Of a DNA stretch of 49,335 nt, positions 15,618 through 24,410 are shown one piece after another. Source of the stretch: a virus; IMG/VR virus record IMGVR_UViG_3300045988_128238, positions 1 to 49,335 of that record. One strand, written 5' to 3'. Within the stretch, counting starts at the first letter, position 1. Each line of letters begins with the position of its first letter. The position numbers and the translations under genes are program-made. A model generated the notes under the pieces. It had not been told where the DNA came from. It searched no databases and saw only the letters and a program-made list of their open reading frames with translations.

Positions 15618-16058
15618 CTATTTCCAGAATCTGTAAGCAGTCCAACTGTTAATACTAAACTCACCTAGAAATTCTAGTGACTTAAAGTCTGTTGATTCTT
15701 CAGGTAACTGATTACCATATTCATCAAAGTTATAGACTTTAGCACCATCATTAGCATAAGAGAAAGAGTTATAGTCAGTAATAACAGCTACATCCTTCTT
15801 AGGTTGCCATAGTCTAGTTACAGTACCATCATTATTCTTTGTTTCACTAACAAAGTTATAGACTCTGTAGTTATCAAAGTAAGTAAGGAAAGCACCACTT
15901 GTAGAACGATTAATCACTCTACCATCATTACTGTTAGAGTTATAACCATATCTATTATACCTAGTGTCAGGGTTATAGTTACTTGTTACACTTGCATGAG
16001 CTACAGTAGCTACACCAAGGGCAAGTAAAACAGTTAGAGTAGCAATTAGTTTCTTCAT
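15618..16058 (-). CDS. Secreted protein with Sec signal peptide (146 aa)
   Basis: MKKLIATLTVLLALGVATVAHA/SV, with a GAGGGG SD. It begins 2 nt after the endolysin stop. Confidence 0.7.
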   Translation of the reverse strand: MKKLIATLTVLLALGVATVAHASVTSNYNPDTRYNRYGYNSNSNDGRVINRSTSGAFLTYFDNYRVYNFVSETKNNDGTVTRLWQPKKDVAVITDYNSFSYANDGAKVYNFDEYGNQLPEESTDFKSLEFLGEFSINSWTAYRFWK

Positions 16059-16060
16059 TA

Positions 16061-18373
16061 TTACCCCTCGTTTGATACTTCCAAGTTACCTTTAATAGTA
16101 ACTTTACCAAGAGCATCTTGTACTGATGTAGCTTTAATCTTTTCAATAGCTTCTACCACTTTAGCATTTGCATCACTAATAGCTTGTTTAATCTCTTGTG
16201 CATCTCTTGATTGACTATCAATAAATCTACCAAAGTCAGCATCAGGAAGGTTAAGGTGTTTAGCTCCTGCATTTTGTAGTTGGAATACAGTTTCCATATC
16301 ACCAATACCGAATACTCTACCGTTAACTACAGCTACATAACCACTATCACCAGTTTGATTTCTTACTACAAAGTTCATATCTTCATCCTCTTCTTCAATA
16401 CTAGATGATGTTACTTCATCATCAATCAATACAATGTTTTTATCTAGTCCACCTGCAATACCAGTAGAAGTAAACTGCCACCATCTCATGTGTTCCATAT
16501 CAGGATATACACCCCAGTAAGGAGTAGGTGTTACTTCATAGTTAGGATATCCTGCAATCCATAGACTATTAGGATACTTAGCAGTAACTTGGTCAATATA
16601 GACATTTGCTAGTGTATAAGGCTTGTAGCTATAGTAAATAGGTTCAAAGCCTGCTTGTTTACACTTATCCATAAAGGCAATTACAGCATCAGTGTTAGCT
16701 TGTACATTACCACTAGCACTATCTTCATAGTCACATACTAAGTATCTAGGCTTACTTGGTAGATTGTTAATAAAGAAGTCAGCTTCAGCTTGTGCTAAAC
16801 CTACATCTCCACCGAATCTAGCAAAGTGATAATAACCTACACAATTACTTGTATTAGTTTGTTGTGTAGCTACAGGACTTAACCATCCAACACCCTCAGA
16901 TACCTTAATAATAGTATTTCTAGTACCACTAGCATTACAAATATCTGTTAGGTCTCCTGGTTGGTATGCAGATACATCAATGAAGTAATCATCTTTTTTA
17001 AGACCACTAGCTACAGAAGATGGTTCTGAGCTGTTAGTGACTACTGCAGTATTGTTAGCTGATTTAGGTCTAAAGGCAGTAGCAAATGTAGCTGAGTAAG
17101 GAAGAGCTACAATGTTGAATACTCCACCACCATTAGTATTCTTTTGTTCTCCACCTTGGTTTTGACCTAGAAAGTTACCGTATCCATTACCTGCATCACT
17201 GTCAAAGATAGCTACATGTGAATAAGGTGTTGAAGGTGTAACATCAAAGATAGCTACATCTCCTGCTTGCATTACTTCAACTTCATCAAAGTAGTTAAGA
17301 ATACCATTGCTATGTCTTTGAGTCCATAGGTCTTGTGCATAACCACTGTCAGTACAGTTGATTATAGGATAACCAAGATATTTACAGTATTCTGCAAAAC
17401 CATCCCAACAATTATGATGAAGTTGATTATCAGCATAGTAACTGTGGTCTCCATCAGTATTTAGAACATAAATAGTATCTTCACCAATTTCTTCTAGAGA
17501 AATAAAGTTATTAATTAAGTTCCTCTTTTTATTTACTGATAGTTTCCATATTGGTTTAGGATTGTCTGTAAAGTTTGTAGCTTCTCTATCGTGTCTCTTA
17601 CTAAGGCAAGCAGAAATACCGTTAATATGACATCCATGTTGTAAAGTAACAAGTAATTGTTTATTTACTGAGTAACCTACAGTGGTATTAGAACCCTTCT
17701 TATCGTGTCCATCTGCCTTAAGGTAACCTTCAATGATAAGTAAATACTGTTCCTTAGTGAATACATCTGTAAGTTCTTTATTACTAAAGTCTTGGATAAC
17801 TTTAAGTAATTCAGGATGGAATCTTACCTGTAGGTTTACAATATCTGCCTTACCATTTGAGTGTTTATGTGAGGTACAATTTACATTTAAGTTTTCTAAG
17901 TAACCTAGTTTATCATCAGTACCTACAGTGATGAATACTGTTGATGTTTTTGAGTTTTTCCATCTTTTTCTTACACTACCATCACCCAACCAGAAACCAA
18001 AGAATCTAAGTTCATCATCTGTAAGGTCATATACCTTATCTGATTCACTAAGGTCTAAGGCAATACTATCACCTTGCTTAAGCTCAGTAACAGGTTTATA
18101 AGTACCGTCCTTAAGGAATACCTTATGGTCTTTAGTTACTTTAAACCAACCCTGAGAAGTGTTTAACCAGTACACTGTAGATTGTTTAGGCTCATTACTA
18201 ACTACAGTGTTTCCTGTGGAAAGTACATCACCTTCAACAATATCTTTTACTAGCTTATAACTACCATCCTTTAGCTTTACAAGATATTCTCCTGTAAGAC
18301 ATTGGTCTCCGAACCAACCATCAAGGTCATAACCATTACCAAGGTGAGTATTTTTAAAGTCTTGATAACTCAT
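16061..18373 (-). CDS. Endolysin: intein-interrupted CHAP + GH25 muramidase + C-terminal wall-binding domain
   Basis: CHAP: GYDLDGWFGDQ[intein]CWDGFAEYCKYLG ... SHVAIF. GH25: IDVSAYQ, IIKVSEG, GYYHFARF, LVCDYED. Confidence 0.85.
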   Translation of the reverse strand: MSYQDFKNTHLGNGYDLDGWFGDQCLTGEYLVKLKDGSYKLVKDIVEGDVLSTGNTVVSNEPKQSTVYWLNTSQGWFKVTKDHKVFLKDGTYKPVTELKQGDSIALDLSESDKVYDLTDDELRFFGFWLGDGSVRKRWKNSKTSTVFITVGTDDKLGYLENLNVNCTSHKHSNGKADIVNLQVRFHPELLKVIQDFSNKELTDVFTKEQYLLIIEGYLKADGHDKKGSNTTVGYSVNKQLLVTLQHGCHINGISACLSKRHDREATNFTDNPKPIWKLSVNKKRNLINNFISLEEIGEDTIYVLNTDGDHSYYADNQLHHNCWDGFAEYCKYLGYPIINCTDSGYAQDLWTQRHSNGILNYFDEVEVMQAGDVAIFDVTPSTPYSHVAIFDSDAGNGYGNFLGQNQGGEQKNTNGGGVFNIVALPYSATFATAFRPKSANNTAVVTNSSEPSSVASGLKKDDYFIDVSAYQPGDLTDICNASGTRNTIIKVSEGVGWLSPVATQQTNTSNCVGYYHFARFGGDVGLAQAEADFFINNLPSKPRYLVCDYEDSASGNVQANTDAVIAFMDKCKQAGFEPIYYSYKPYTLANVYIDQVTAKYPNSLWIAGYPNYEVTPTPYWGVYPDMEHMRWWQFTSTGIAGGLDKNIVLIDDEVTSSSIEEEDEDMNFVVRNQTGDSGYVAVVNGRVFGIGDMETVFQLQNAGAKHLNLPDADFGRFIDSQSRDAQEIKQAISDANAKVVEAIEKIKATSVQDALGKVTIKGNLEVSNEG
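17411..18301 (-). mobile_element. Class 1 intein (297 aa) with LAGLIDADG homing endonuclease
   Basis: Cys1 (CLTGEYLV), block B TKDH, LAGLIDADG motifs FFGFWLGDGS and IIEGYLKADG, C-terminal LHHN followed by +1 Cys. Confidence 0.85.
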
Positions 18374-18582
18374 TACTTAACTCCCTTATTGTAGCTAGCT
18401 GATGATAGACCTACCAAAGCACCAATGAATGAGCCTAAAGCAGTCAATACAGTAACAATAATACCTGTAGTTTCAGGATAACCTACAGCAATACCTACAG
18501 TACCTACAAAGGTAGCTAAAGCAGGAATGAATGTAATTGCTACAAACTTAAGGATATCATAAGTTTTGTTATTAAAAATCAT
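18373..18582 (-). CDS. Holin (phiLC3/LL-H-like, 69 aa)
   Basis: KTYDILKFVAITFIPALATF, two TM segments, AGAGGAAAG SD, directly upstream of the endolysin. Confidence 0.8.
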   Translation of the reverse strand: MIFNNKTYDILKFVAITFIPALATFVGTVGIAVGYPETTGIIVTVLTALGSFIGALVGLSSASYNKGVK

Positions 18583-19015
18583 TGTATCTTTCCTCTCTAA
18601 TTTCTAGTTTGTCATACTTGCTATAGAGCATTTTAATTTCACCATTACCCCCATTATTCTGATAAATTGTATACATCTTAGCCATCTCTGTAGCTTCATC
18701 TACAAAGGTGTAACCACGCTCTAAAGCTTTGACCAGTGCATTATATAAGCCAATCCTAAAGTGGCTCTTAGTGAAGCTCTCAGTAGCCTCTATACGCTTT
18801 TGTTGAGCTTCATTGTCAATAACTAAGTCTCTGACATCATTAGTAAGTTTAGAAAGAGTTTCATTTAATTGATTTTGATGAGCAATTATCTGTACTCTTT
18901 CTTCTCTACTTTCTTTGATGCTCTTCTTAACTGTCATGTAAATACCTACACATGTAGATAGTGTTGATACTGCTCCCCCTACAGTAGTCATTAAAATATC
19001 AACTGATATATTCAA
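18572..19015 (-). CDS. Membrane-anchored protein (147 aa), possible second holin or lysis regulator
   Basis: N-terminal TM VGGAVSTLSTCVGIYMTV followed by a coiled coil. TTG start is uncertain. Confidence 0.5.
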   Translation of the reverse strand: MNISVDILMTTVGGAVSTLSTCVGIYMTVKKSIKESREERVQIIAHQNQLNETLSKLTNDVRDLVIDNEAQQKRIEATESFTKSHFRIGLYNALVKALERGYTFVDEATEMAKMYTIYQNNGGNGEIKMLYSKYDKLEIREERYNDF

Positions 19016-19017
19016 TT

Positions 19018-19980
19018 CTACTTACCTTCTTCTTTAGGTTTAGTGTCCTCTTCTTTTTTCTTCTTCTCTTCCTCTTCTTTTTGCTTGCGTTCAGCAATCT
19101 TTTCATCAGACCAATCACAAGCTCCACAAAGTACATTACAAGGGTCAGTAGGTAGACCAATGTTAGGGTTGTGGTTAATATACTGAGCTGTAATACTACT
19201 TCTAGTAGGTGCATATACCCACTCATCAAGTGTAGATAGCATCTTAAGAACATCAGATGAACCACCTTCAGGCTTCAAGTCAAACTCTCTATTGTAATCA
19301 AGAGTTCTGTTGATATCTTGTTCAAAAGACTGGCCAGGGTCATAAGCTTTTTGATAGATAACATTATCATTAATATCATAGATAGTGAATCTACCATTGT
19401 GATGAGTAGTAGGTGCTTTATTGACATACTTAATTCTATCAACCTTAATACCAGTAATCTTAGCATGGATAGAACCATCTTTGTTAGGTGTGTAGCTGTG
19501 AATAACTTTACCATAAACATTACCAACACCTACTTCACCAGTGTCTACCATGTTCCATACAATAGTAAAGTTACCATTAGTATCAGTTTTAACTACACTA
19601 TAAGTTTGTCCACCACCTGTTTCAACTACAGTAGTGTTAGACTTCATAGATAGTTCTACTTTGTCACTAAGCTTACCAATTAGGAAGTCTACAAGAGCAT
19701 TTAGTTTCTTTTCATGACAGTTAGCTACAGCACATAGGTTATTTACACGCTTATCTAAGTTAACTACCATAATAAGTAAGTCTCTTAGGAAACACCATAG
19801 AAAGTAAGCATACTGAGCAAGTCTCTTAGGTAGTCCTACACAAGATGTATTTGCTAGTAAACAAGCATAGTCTTTTAAGACCTTAAGCTTCTTCTCCATT
19901 ACATCTTGTCTTTGTTCTACTTCTACACAGACATCAATCTTTTCACATTGACAGTCTCCACATTGTCCTAGACAAGACAT
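19018..19980 (-). CDS. Cys-rich-N-terminus tail fibre/receptor-binding protein (320 aa)
   Basis: The N-terminal 65 aa are paralogous to those of 19980-21542. Located in the distal tail module. Confidence 0.5.
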   Translation of the reverse strand: MSCLGQCGDCQCEKIDVCVEVEQRQDVMEKKLKVLKDYACLLANTSCVGLPKRLAQYAYFLWCFLRDLLIMVVNLDKRVNNLCAVANCHEKKLNALVDFLIGKLSDKVELSMKSNTTVVETGGGQTYSVVKTDTNGNFTIVWNMVDTGEVGVGNVYGKVIHSYTPNKDGSIHAKITGIKVDRIKYVNKAPTTHHNGRFTIYDINDNVIYQKAYDPGQSFEQDINRTLDYNREFDLKPEGGSSDVLKMLSTLDEWVYAPTRSSITAQYINHNPNIGLPTDPCNVLCGACDWSDEKIAERKQKEEEEKKKKEEDTKPKEEGK

Positions 19981-21542
19981 TATTTACCTCCAGTTAATTC
20001 TTTAGGTACAGGTGTTAAGTCTCCACAAGTAACACTAATAGCTTTAACCTCAAAGAGTTGTGGTTCTTCAGGTCTAGTAGGCTTAATAGGCTCTGTAGGC
20101 TTAGTTCCTGTAGGTTGTGTAGGTCTAATAGGTTCTGTTACTGTAGGCTCACTAGGTCTAACAGGTTCAGTCTGAGTAGGTCTAGTTGGTTCTACAGGTT
20201 TATTACCGTTAGGAGCTACAGGTTCTGTAGGTCTTTCTGGTACAACTACAGTCTTCTTAGTAGGTTCTTTAGGTCTACCTTCCAAAGAAATAGTAGGAGC
20301 AGTAATCTTAAGTGATACTTTATTGTGAGAACCTTCTACCCACAAGTCATCATATAACAAGAAATCAATGGTTTGGGACTGTCCTTGACTGATATTAATA
20401 TCATGAGATAGAGGATAAGTAACATCTAAGGCTTGTGTAAATGCTGATTGTCCTCTATATGATTTAGACCAGATAACAGCTCCATTAGGTTTCTTGTAAG
20501 TAATACTAAAGTCTGAGAAAGCTACTTTAGGAGATACCTTATCATAGCTAACCTCTTGAATAGTAACACTGTTAGCTTTAATATTAACACCACCAGTAAT
20601 ACCACTGTATGTAGCATTAAAGCCTACCTTACCTCTAAGAACCCAATAACCAATATTTTCAGTACCGTCAAAGATAGGAGACTTAATAGTAAAGTTACCA
20701 GTATTCTTATCAAATGTGTATTCATCAGGAAGGTCAGCACCAGTATTGTCTAACTCTGAGAACTCAAAAGTATAACCAATATTACCTACAAGAGATGATT
20801 CCCACTGCTTAATAGCTTTGTTGTATTCAGCAATAGCTGTCTGATAGTCAGATTCAGCCTTCTCAGCCTCTCTAAGCTTGTCATTGTATTCCTTAAGCTT
20901 TCTATCATACTCAGCCTTAAGACGTGCATAGTCGCTGTTAGAAGCGTTATATGATGCCATATCTTTGTTATACTTCTCTACAGCTTTAGTATACTCAGCC
21001 ATTACTTTTCTATAAGCTTCTAAGTCAGTGTTATATTTAGCAAGAGCTGTAGTATAATCACTTCTTAGCTTATCATAGTTAGCTTTGTCTTTTTCATACT
21101 GAGCTACAGCATCCTCATAGTCTTTGTTAGCTTTATTAAAGCTTGCTAGACCATCTTGATAGAGCTTGTAGTTCCTATTGTAAGTCTCCATAGCTTCATT
21201 GTATAAAGCTAGTTTAGTGTTATATTCGTTGAGAATCCTAGAGTTTTCTTTGTTAGCAGTAAGTTGTTTTTCTACTTCTACAGCTAAGTCTGAAATCTTT
21301 CTACAAAGCTCTTCATCACGCTTCTTAAACACTGTAAGGTCTAACTCTTGTTGCATCCTAAGAATATCTCTTAAGATACACCATAGCATGTAGAACCCTT
21401 TAGATAAGATTCTAGGAAGGTCAATACAGTTAGCGTTAGCAATAACACATACCAAGTCATGAAGGACTCTTAGCTTGTCTTCAATGTCTTTTTTATTTTT
21501 AGCTTCAATACATTCACAATCATTGCATCCAGTACAAGCCAT
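19980..21542 (-). CDS. Tail fibre/adhesin-like protein: Cys-rich N-domain, Tyr-heptad helix, beta domain, Pro-rich tract (520 aa)
   Basis: See findings. Domain boundaries were counted by hand. Confidence 0.55.
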   Translation of the reverse strand: MACTGCNDCECIEAKNKKDIEDKLRVLHDLVCVIANANCIDLPRILSKGFYMLWCILRDILRMQQELDLTVFKKRDEELCRKISDLAVEVEKQLTANKENSRILNEYNTKLALYNEAMETYNRNYKLYQDGLASFNKANKDYEDAVAQYEKDKANYDKLRSDYTTALAKYNTDLEAYRKVMAEYTKAVEKYNKDMASYNASNSDYARLKAEYDRKLKEYNDKLREAEKAESDYQTAIAEYNKAIKQWESSLVGNIGYTFEFSELDNTGADLPDEYTFDKNTGNFTIKSPIFDGTENIGYWVLRGKVGFNATYSGITGGVNIKANSVTIQEVSYDKVSPKVAFSDFSITYKKPNGAVIWSKSYRGQSAFTQALDVTYPLSHDINISQGQSQTIDFLLYDDLWVEGSHNKVSLKITAPTISLEGRPKEPTKKTVVVPERPTEPVAPNGNKPVEPTRPTQTEPVRPSEPTVTEPIRPTQPTGTKPTEPIKPTRPEEPQLFEVKAISVTCGDLTPVPKELTGGK

Positions 21543-21552
21543 TTAGTACCTC

Positions 21553-22053
21553 CTATTTATTTACTAGAGTGATAGTAGCATCATTCTTTTTAATTAGTAC
21601 CTTAGACACTGACTTACCATTACCAAGGTCAATAGTTGCATAAGCTTTAGCATCTGAGTTATCAGCTACAGCCTTACCTGAAGGATGAAGGAATCCTACA
21701 AATTGACTTTGGTAAGTTCCTTTAGTTCTTACCCAAAGACCATAGGTATCTGAGTCAGAAATAATAGAATCAGTGTATCTATTGTAAGTCTTACCATAGG
21801 TAAACAATACTCTAGGTCTATCTAAGTCATAAAGCTTTTTAGGTCTATATACACCATCAGCATATTCATAGACAAACCCTCTATAGAATACCTTCTTATC
21901 AGCAAAATCAGTAGGGTTACAGTAGATTGCATACTCAGACAGAATCTTAAGCATGTCTACATTACTATCAAAATGGTAGAGATTGATAGAGTCTAATACT
22001 GAATTGTCTATACTACCTACAGGAAGTCTCTTAACAATACCATATTCTTTCAT
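21553..22053 (-). CDS. Hypothetical tail/baseplate protein (166 aa)
   Basis: ORF in the fibre module. Confidence 0.5.
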   Translation of the reverse strand: MKEYGIVKRLPVGSIDNSVLDSINLYHFDSNVDMLKILSEYAIYCNPTDFADKKVFYRGFVYEYADGVYRPKKLYDLDRPRVLFTYGKTYNRYTDSIISDSDTYGLWVRTKGTYQSQFVGFLHPSGKAVADNSDAKAYATIDLGNGKSVSKVLIKKNDATITLVNK

Positions 22054-23009
22054 TAGTTAGTTACCTCTTCTAGTGTGTAATATAGTTGGTTGATGATAAG
22101 TGTAGGTTCAGCTACCTTAGTTTCAATAATGAACTCATCTGCAAAGTTAGCTCCAAAGATTGTACCTTTTGTAATGTTATCAATAGACATTGGTACATTA
22201 AGCATTGGTTCTGGCAATACATTTAGACTATCTCTAATATCTAACTTGAAGAAATCAAAGCTGAAGGCAAAGTAACTTTCCTCACCTCTTCTGACTTCAA
22301 ATGAAATGTTGATATTACCATAAGGTGTTGTTAGTGTTCCATAACCTTTAAGTGTAGTATCACCAATAATAGTTACAGGAATTACTAACTCTACCTCTAG
22401 GTTTGTTTTCTCAGATTTAGCAAAACCACTACCTGAAATTGTGTAAGTAATCTTAGGAAACTTAACTACAAGCTCTGAAGCTGACAATACATCCTGATGG
22501 TTAATACCTGTTACTTTCATAGTATTAGGAGCTAAAGGATAATTACTTGGTTGTGGGTTTAAGGAAGTGAAATTAACCTCTGCAGGTGTACCTGTTACAT
22601 TATACTTAAGTCTGTACTTAGTGTTGGTATCAACTACAGAGTTGTTAATAGTACCATCTTCAGTAATAGTAATACCATTACCTGCTTTGTAAGTAGTTCC
22701 TTTAGGAAGCTCTACTGAGTTACCATTACTAATACTTAGTGTAGTACCGTTTAGAGTCAGTGTTTGTTTATCTTTATCTTCTTTAGCTTCTAATTTCTCT
22801 ACTCTAGCTACAAGAGGCTTATCATCATAAGAAGTACCTCCTGTAGTTGCTGTAGATGTCAATTCAGTAAAGCCATCACCACTTTCATTTAGGATATAGG
22901 CTTTATTGTCAGGCATAATATAGGCATGGTTTCTAGTAGCATAGTCTAGGTCAGGCAATGCTTCTACCCTTTTAAATACAGGGTTACACCATGAAATACA
23001 GTCACCCAT
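22053..23009 (-). CDS. Tail fibre protein (318 aa)
   Basis: N-terminal LPDL..Y..PD.K.Y motif shared with 23483-24181. EDKDKQTLTLNGTTLSISNGNSVELP fibre-type repeat. Confidence 0.55.
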   Translation of the reverse strand: MGDCISWCNPVFKRVEALPDLDYATRNHAYIMPDNKAYILNESGDGFTELTSTATTGGTSYDDKPLVARVEKLEAKEDKDKQTLTLNGTTLSISNGNSVELPKGTTYKAGNGITITEDGTINNSVVDTNTKYRLKYNVTGTPAEVNFTSLNPQPSNYPLAPNTMKVTGINHQDVLSASELVVKFPKITYTISGSGFAKSEKTNLEVELVIPVTIIGDTTLKGYGTLTTPYGNINISFEVRRGEESYFAFSFDFFKLDIRDSLNVLPEPMLNVPMSIDNITKGTIFGANFADEFIIETKVAEPTLIINQLYYTLEEVTN

Positions 23010-23019
23010 TTAATACCTC

Positions 23020-23469
23020 CTATTTACGTTCAATGTCACTATAGTTAATCATAGAGACAATACCATTGTCATTATAATCTTTAAGTGATTCCCATGAAAC
23101 ATCTTTTTGAATAGTCAATGGTTTGTTGACAGTTACTAGACCATACTTAGTCTCACCTTGTGTGTCTTTATAGTCAGGGTTTTCTAGTTTAAACATAGCA
23201 TCTACACCATAAGTAAGACCTACAATAGGTTTATTGAATAAGTTAATTAGACTAGCCCACTGAGTACCATAGAGGGAAGGAGCATATAGAAGAACTGAAG
23301 CAATAGTTTCAGTGTATGAAGGAGTGTTCTGTAGGTTTAGAACTTCCTTAACCATATCATCTGATTCTAAATTACCTTCATAAGTCCAATTAAGATAAGG
23401 TCTATTGTCAGTTACAGTGATTAGAGGAAAGTTATCTTCTCTCTCTTCTCTTTTGATTTTAATAGCCAT
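23020..23469 (-). CDS. Hypothetical tail protein (149 aa)
   Basis: ORF with SD, in the fibre module. Confidence 0.5.
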   Translation of the reverse strand: MAIKIKREEREDNFPLITVTDNRPYLNWTYEGNLESDDMVKEVLNLQNTPSYTETIASVLLYAPSLYGTQWASLINLFNKPIVGLTYGVDAMFKLENPDYKDTQGETKYGLVTVNKPLTIQKDVSWESLKDYNDNGIVSMINYSDIERK

Positions 23470-23482
23470 TAATTACCTCCTA

Positions 23483-24181
23483 TTACAAGTGGTCATTATC
23501 ACGTCTACTTTGTACTTCAAGGTACTCTACCCTAGCTTCTAAAGTTTCTTTAGCTACTCTAAGTGTTTCCACTGTAGATTCCAAAGTAGTAAGTCTAGTT
23601 TCTACAGAAATAAGTCTAGCTTCCAATCCTGAAGGGTCAAATACAGTATCTTTGTCTTCTTTAGTTTCAAGCTTAGCTACAGTGTCTTTTAGTTCATCAA
23701 TAGCTTTCTTAACTTCAGTGTCGTCATAGATAGTGTCTTTGTCCTCTTTAGCGTTTAAGGCATCTGAGAGCTTCTCTACTGCTTTGTTTACATCCTCTAG
23801 TCCTGTTACACTAGCCTTGTCTTTAAGCTCCTTTTTAAGGGCTTCTACGGCTTCTGAGAGGGTGTTATCTTTTTCAGTAGGTTTTTCTTCATTCTTAGCT
23901 TTAATAGCTTTCTCCACTTCAATGACTCTATTAGTCAAGTCTAGTAGTACATTAAGCTTATTAGTCTCTGTAGCTTCATCTCTAGTCAATTCAAGCCAAG
24001 CAGTACAGTTAGCATTTGCATACCACAACTTAGAGTCTGGTGTACGATACAAGTAATGTCTTGATGTTCTACCTAGTGTAGGAAGACAATTAACATCTAA
24101 GATAGGTTTACAGTTAGAGCTGTATTGTCCTGAACATTCATTGCACTCATTACAGCTATTACATCCACAGTTTGCACACAT
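23483..24181 (-). CDS. Cys-cluster/coiled-coil fibre protein (232 aa)
   Basis: MCANCGCNSCNECNECSG start, (K)EDKDT repeats, C-terminal heptads. Confidence 0.5.
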   Translation of the reverse strand: MCANCGCNSCNECNECSGQYSSNCKPILDVNCLPTLGRTSRHYLYRTPDSKLWYANANCTAWLELTRDEATETNKLNVLLDLTNRVIEVEKAIKAKNEEKPTEKDNTLSEAVEALKKELKDKASVTGLEDVNKAVEKLSDALNAKEDKDTIYDDTEVKKAIDELKDTVAKLETKEDKDTVFDPSGLEARLISVETRLTTLESTVETLRVAKETLEARVEYLEVQSRRDNDHL

Positions 24182-24195
24182 ATTGTGTACCTCCT

Positions 24196-24402
24196 TTATT
24201 TATATAGTTCTACTTTAGCTAAGTAACTAAGTTGTTTAATCTCCCTAGTTCTTCTAAGAGCTTCTGACCTAAGATATAGAATACAGATAACTGCTTGATA
24301 GTCTTCAGGATGATTAAGTAAGTGTTTATCTAGTAAGTCTATCCGTCTATTAACTACAGATAGCTTAAGTGACTTCTTTCTAAGGATATTGGTGTAATTC
24401 AT
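24196..24402 (-). CDS. Hypothetical protein (68 aa)
   Basis: ORF only. Confidence 0.4.
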   Translation of the reverse strand: MNYTNILRKKSLKLSVVNRRIDLLDKHLLNHPEDYQAVICILYLRSEALRRTREIKQLSYLAKVELYK

Positions 24403-24410
24403 TGTAACTC

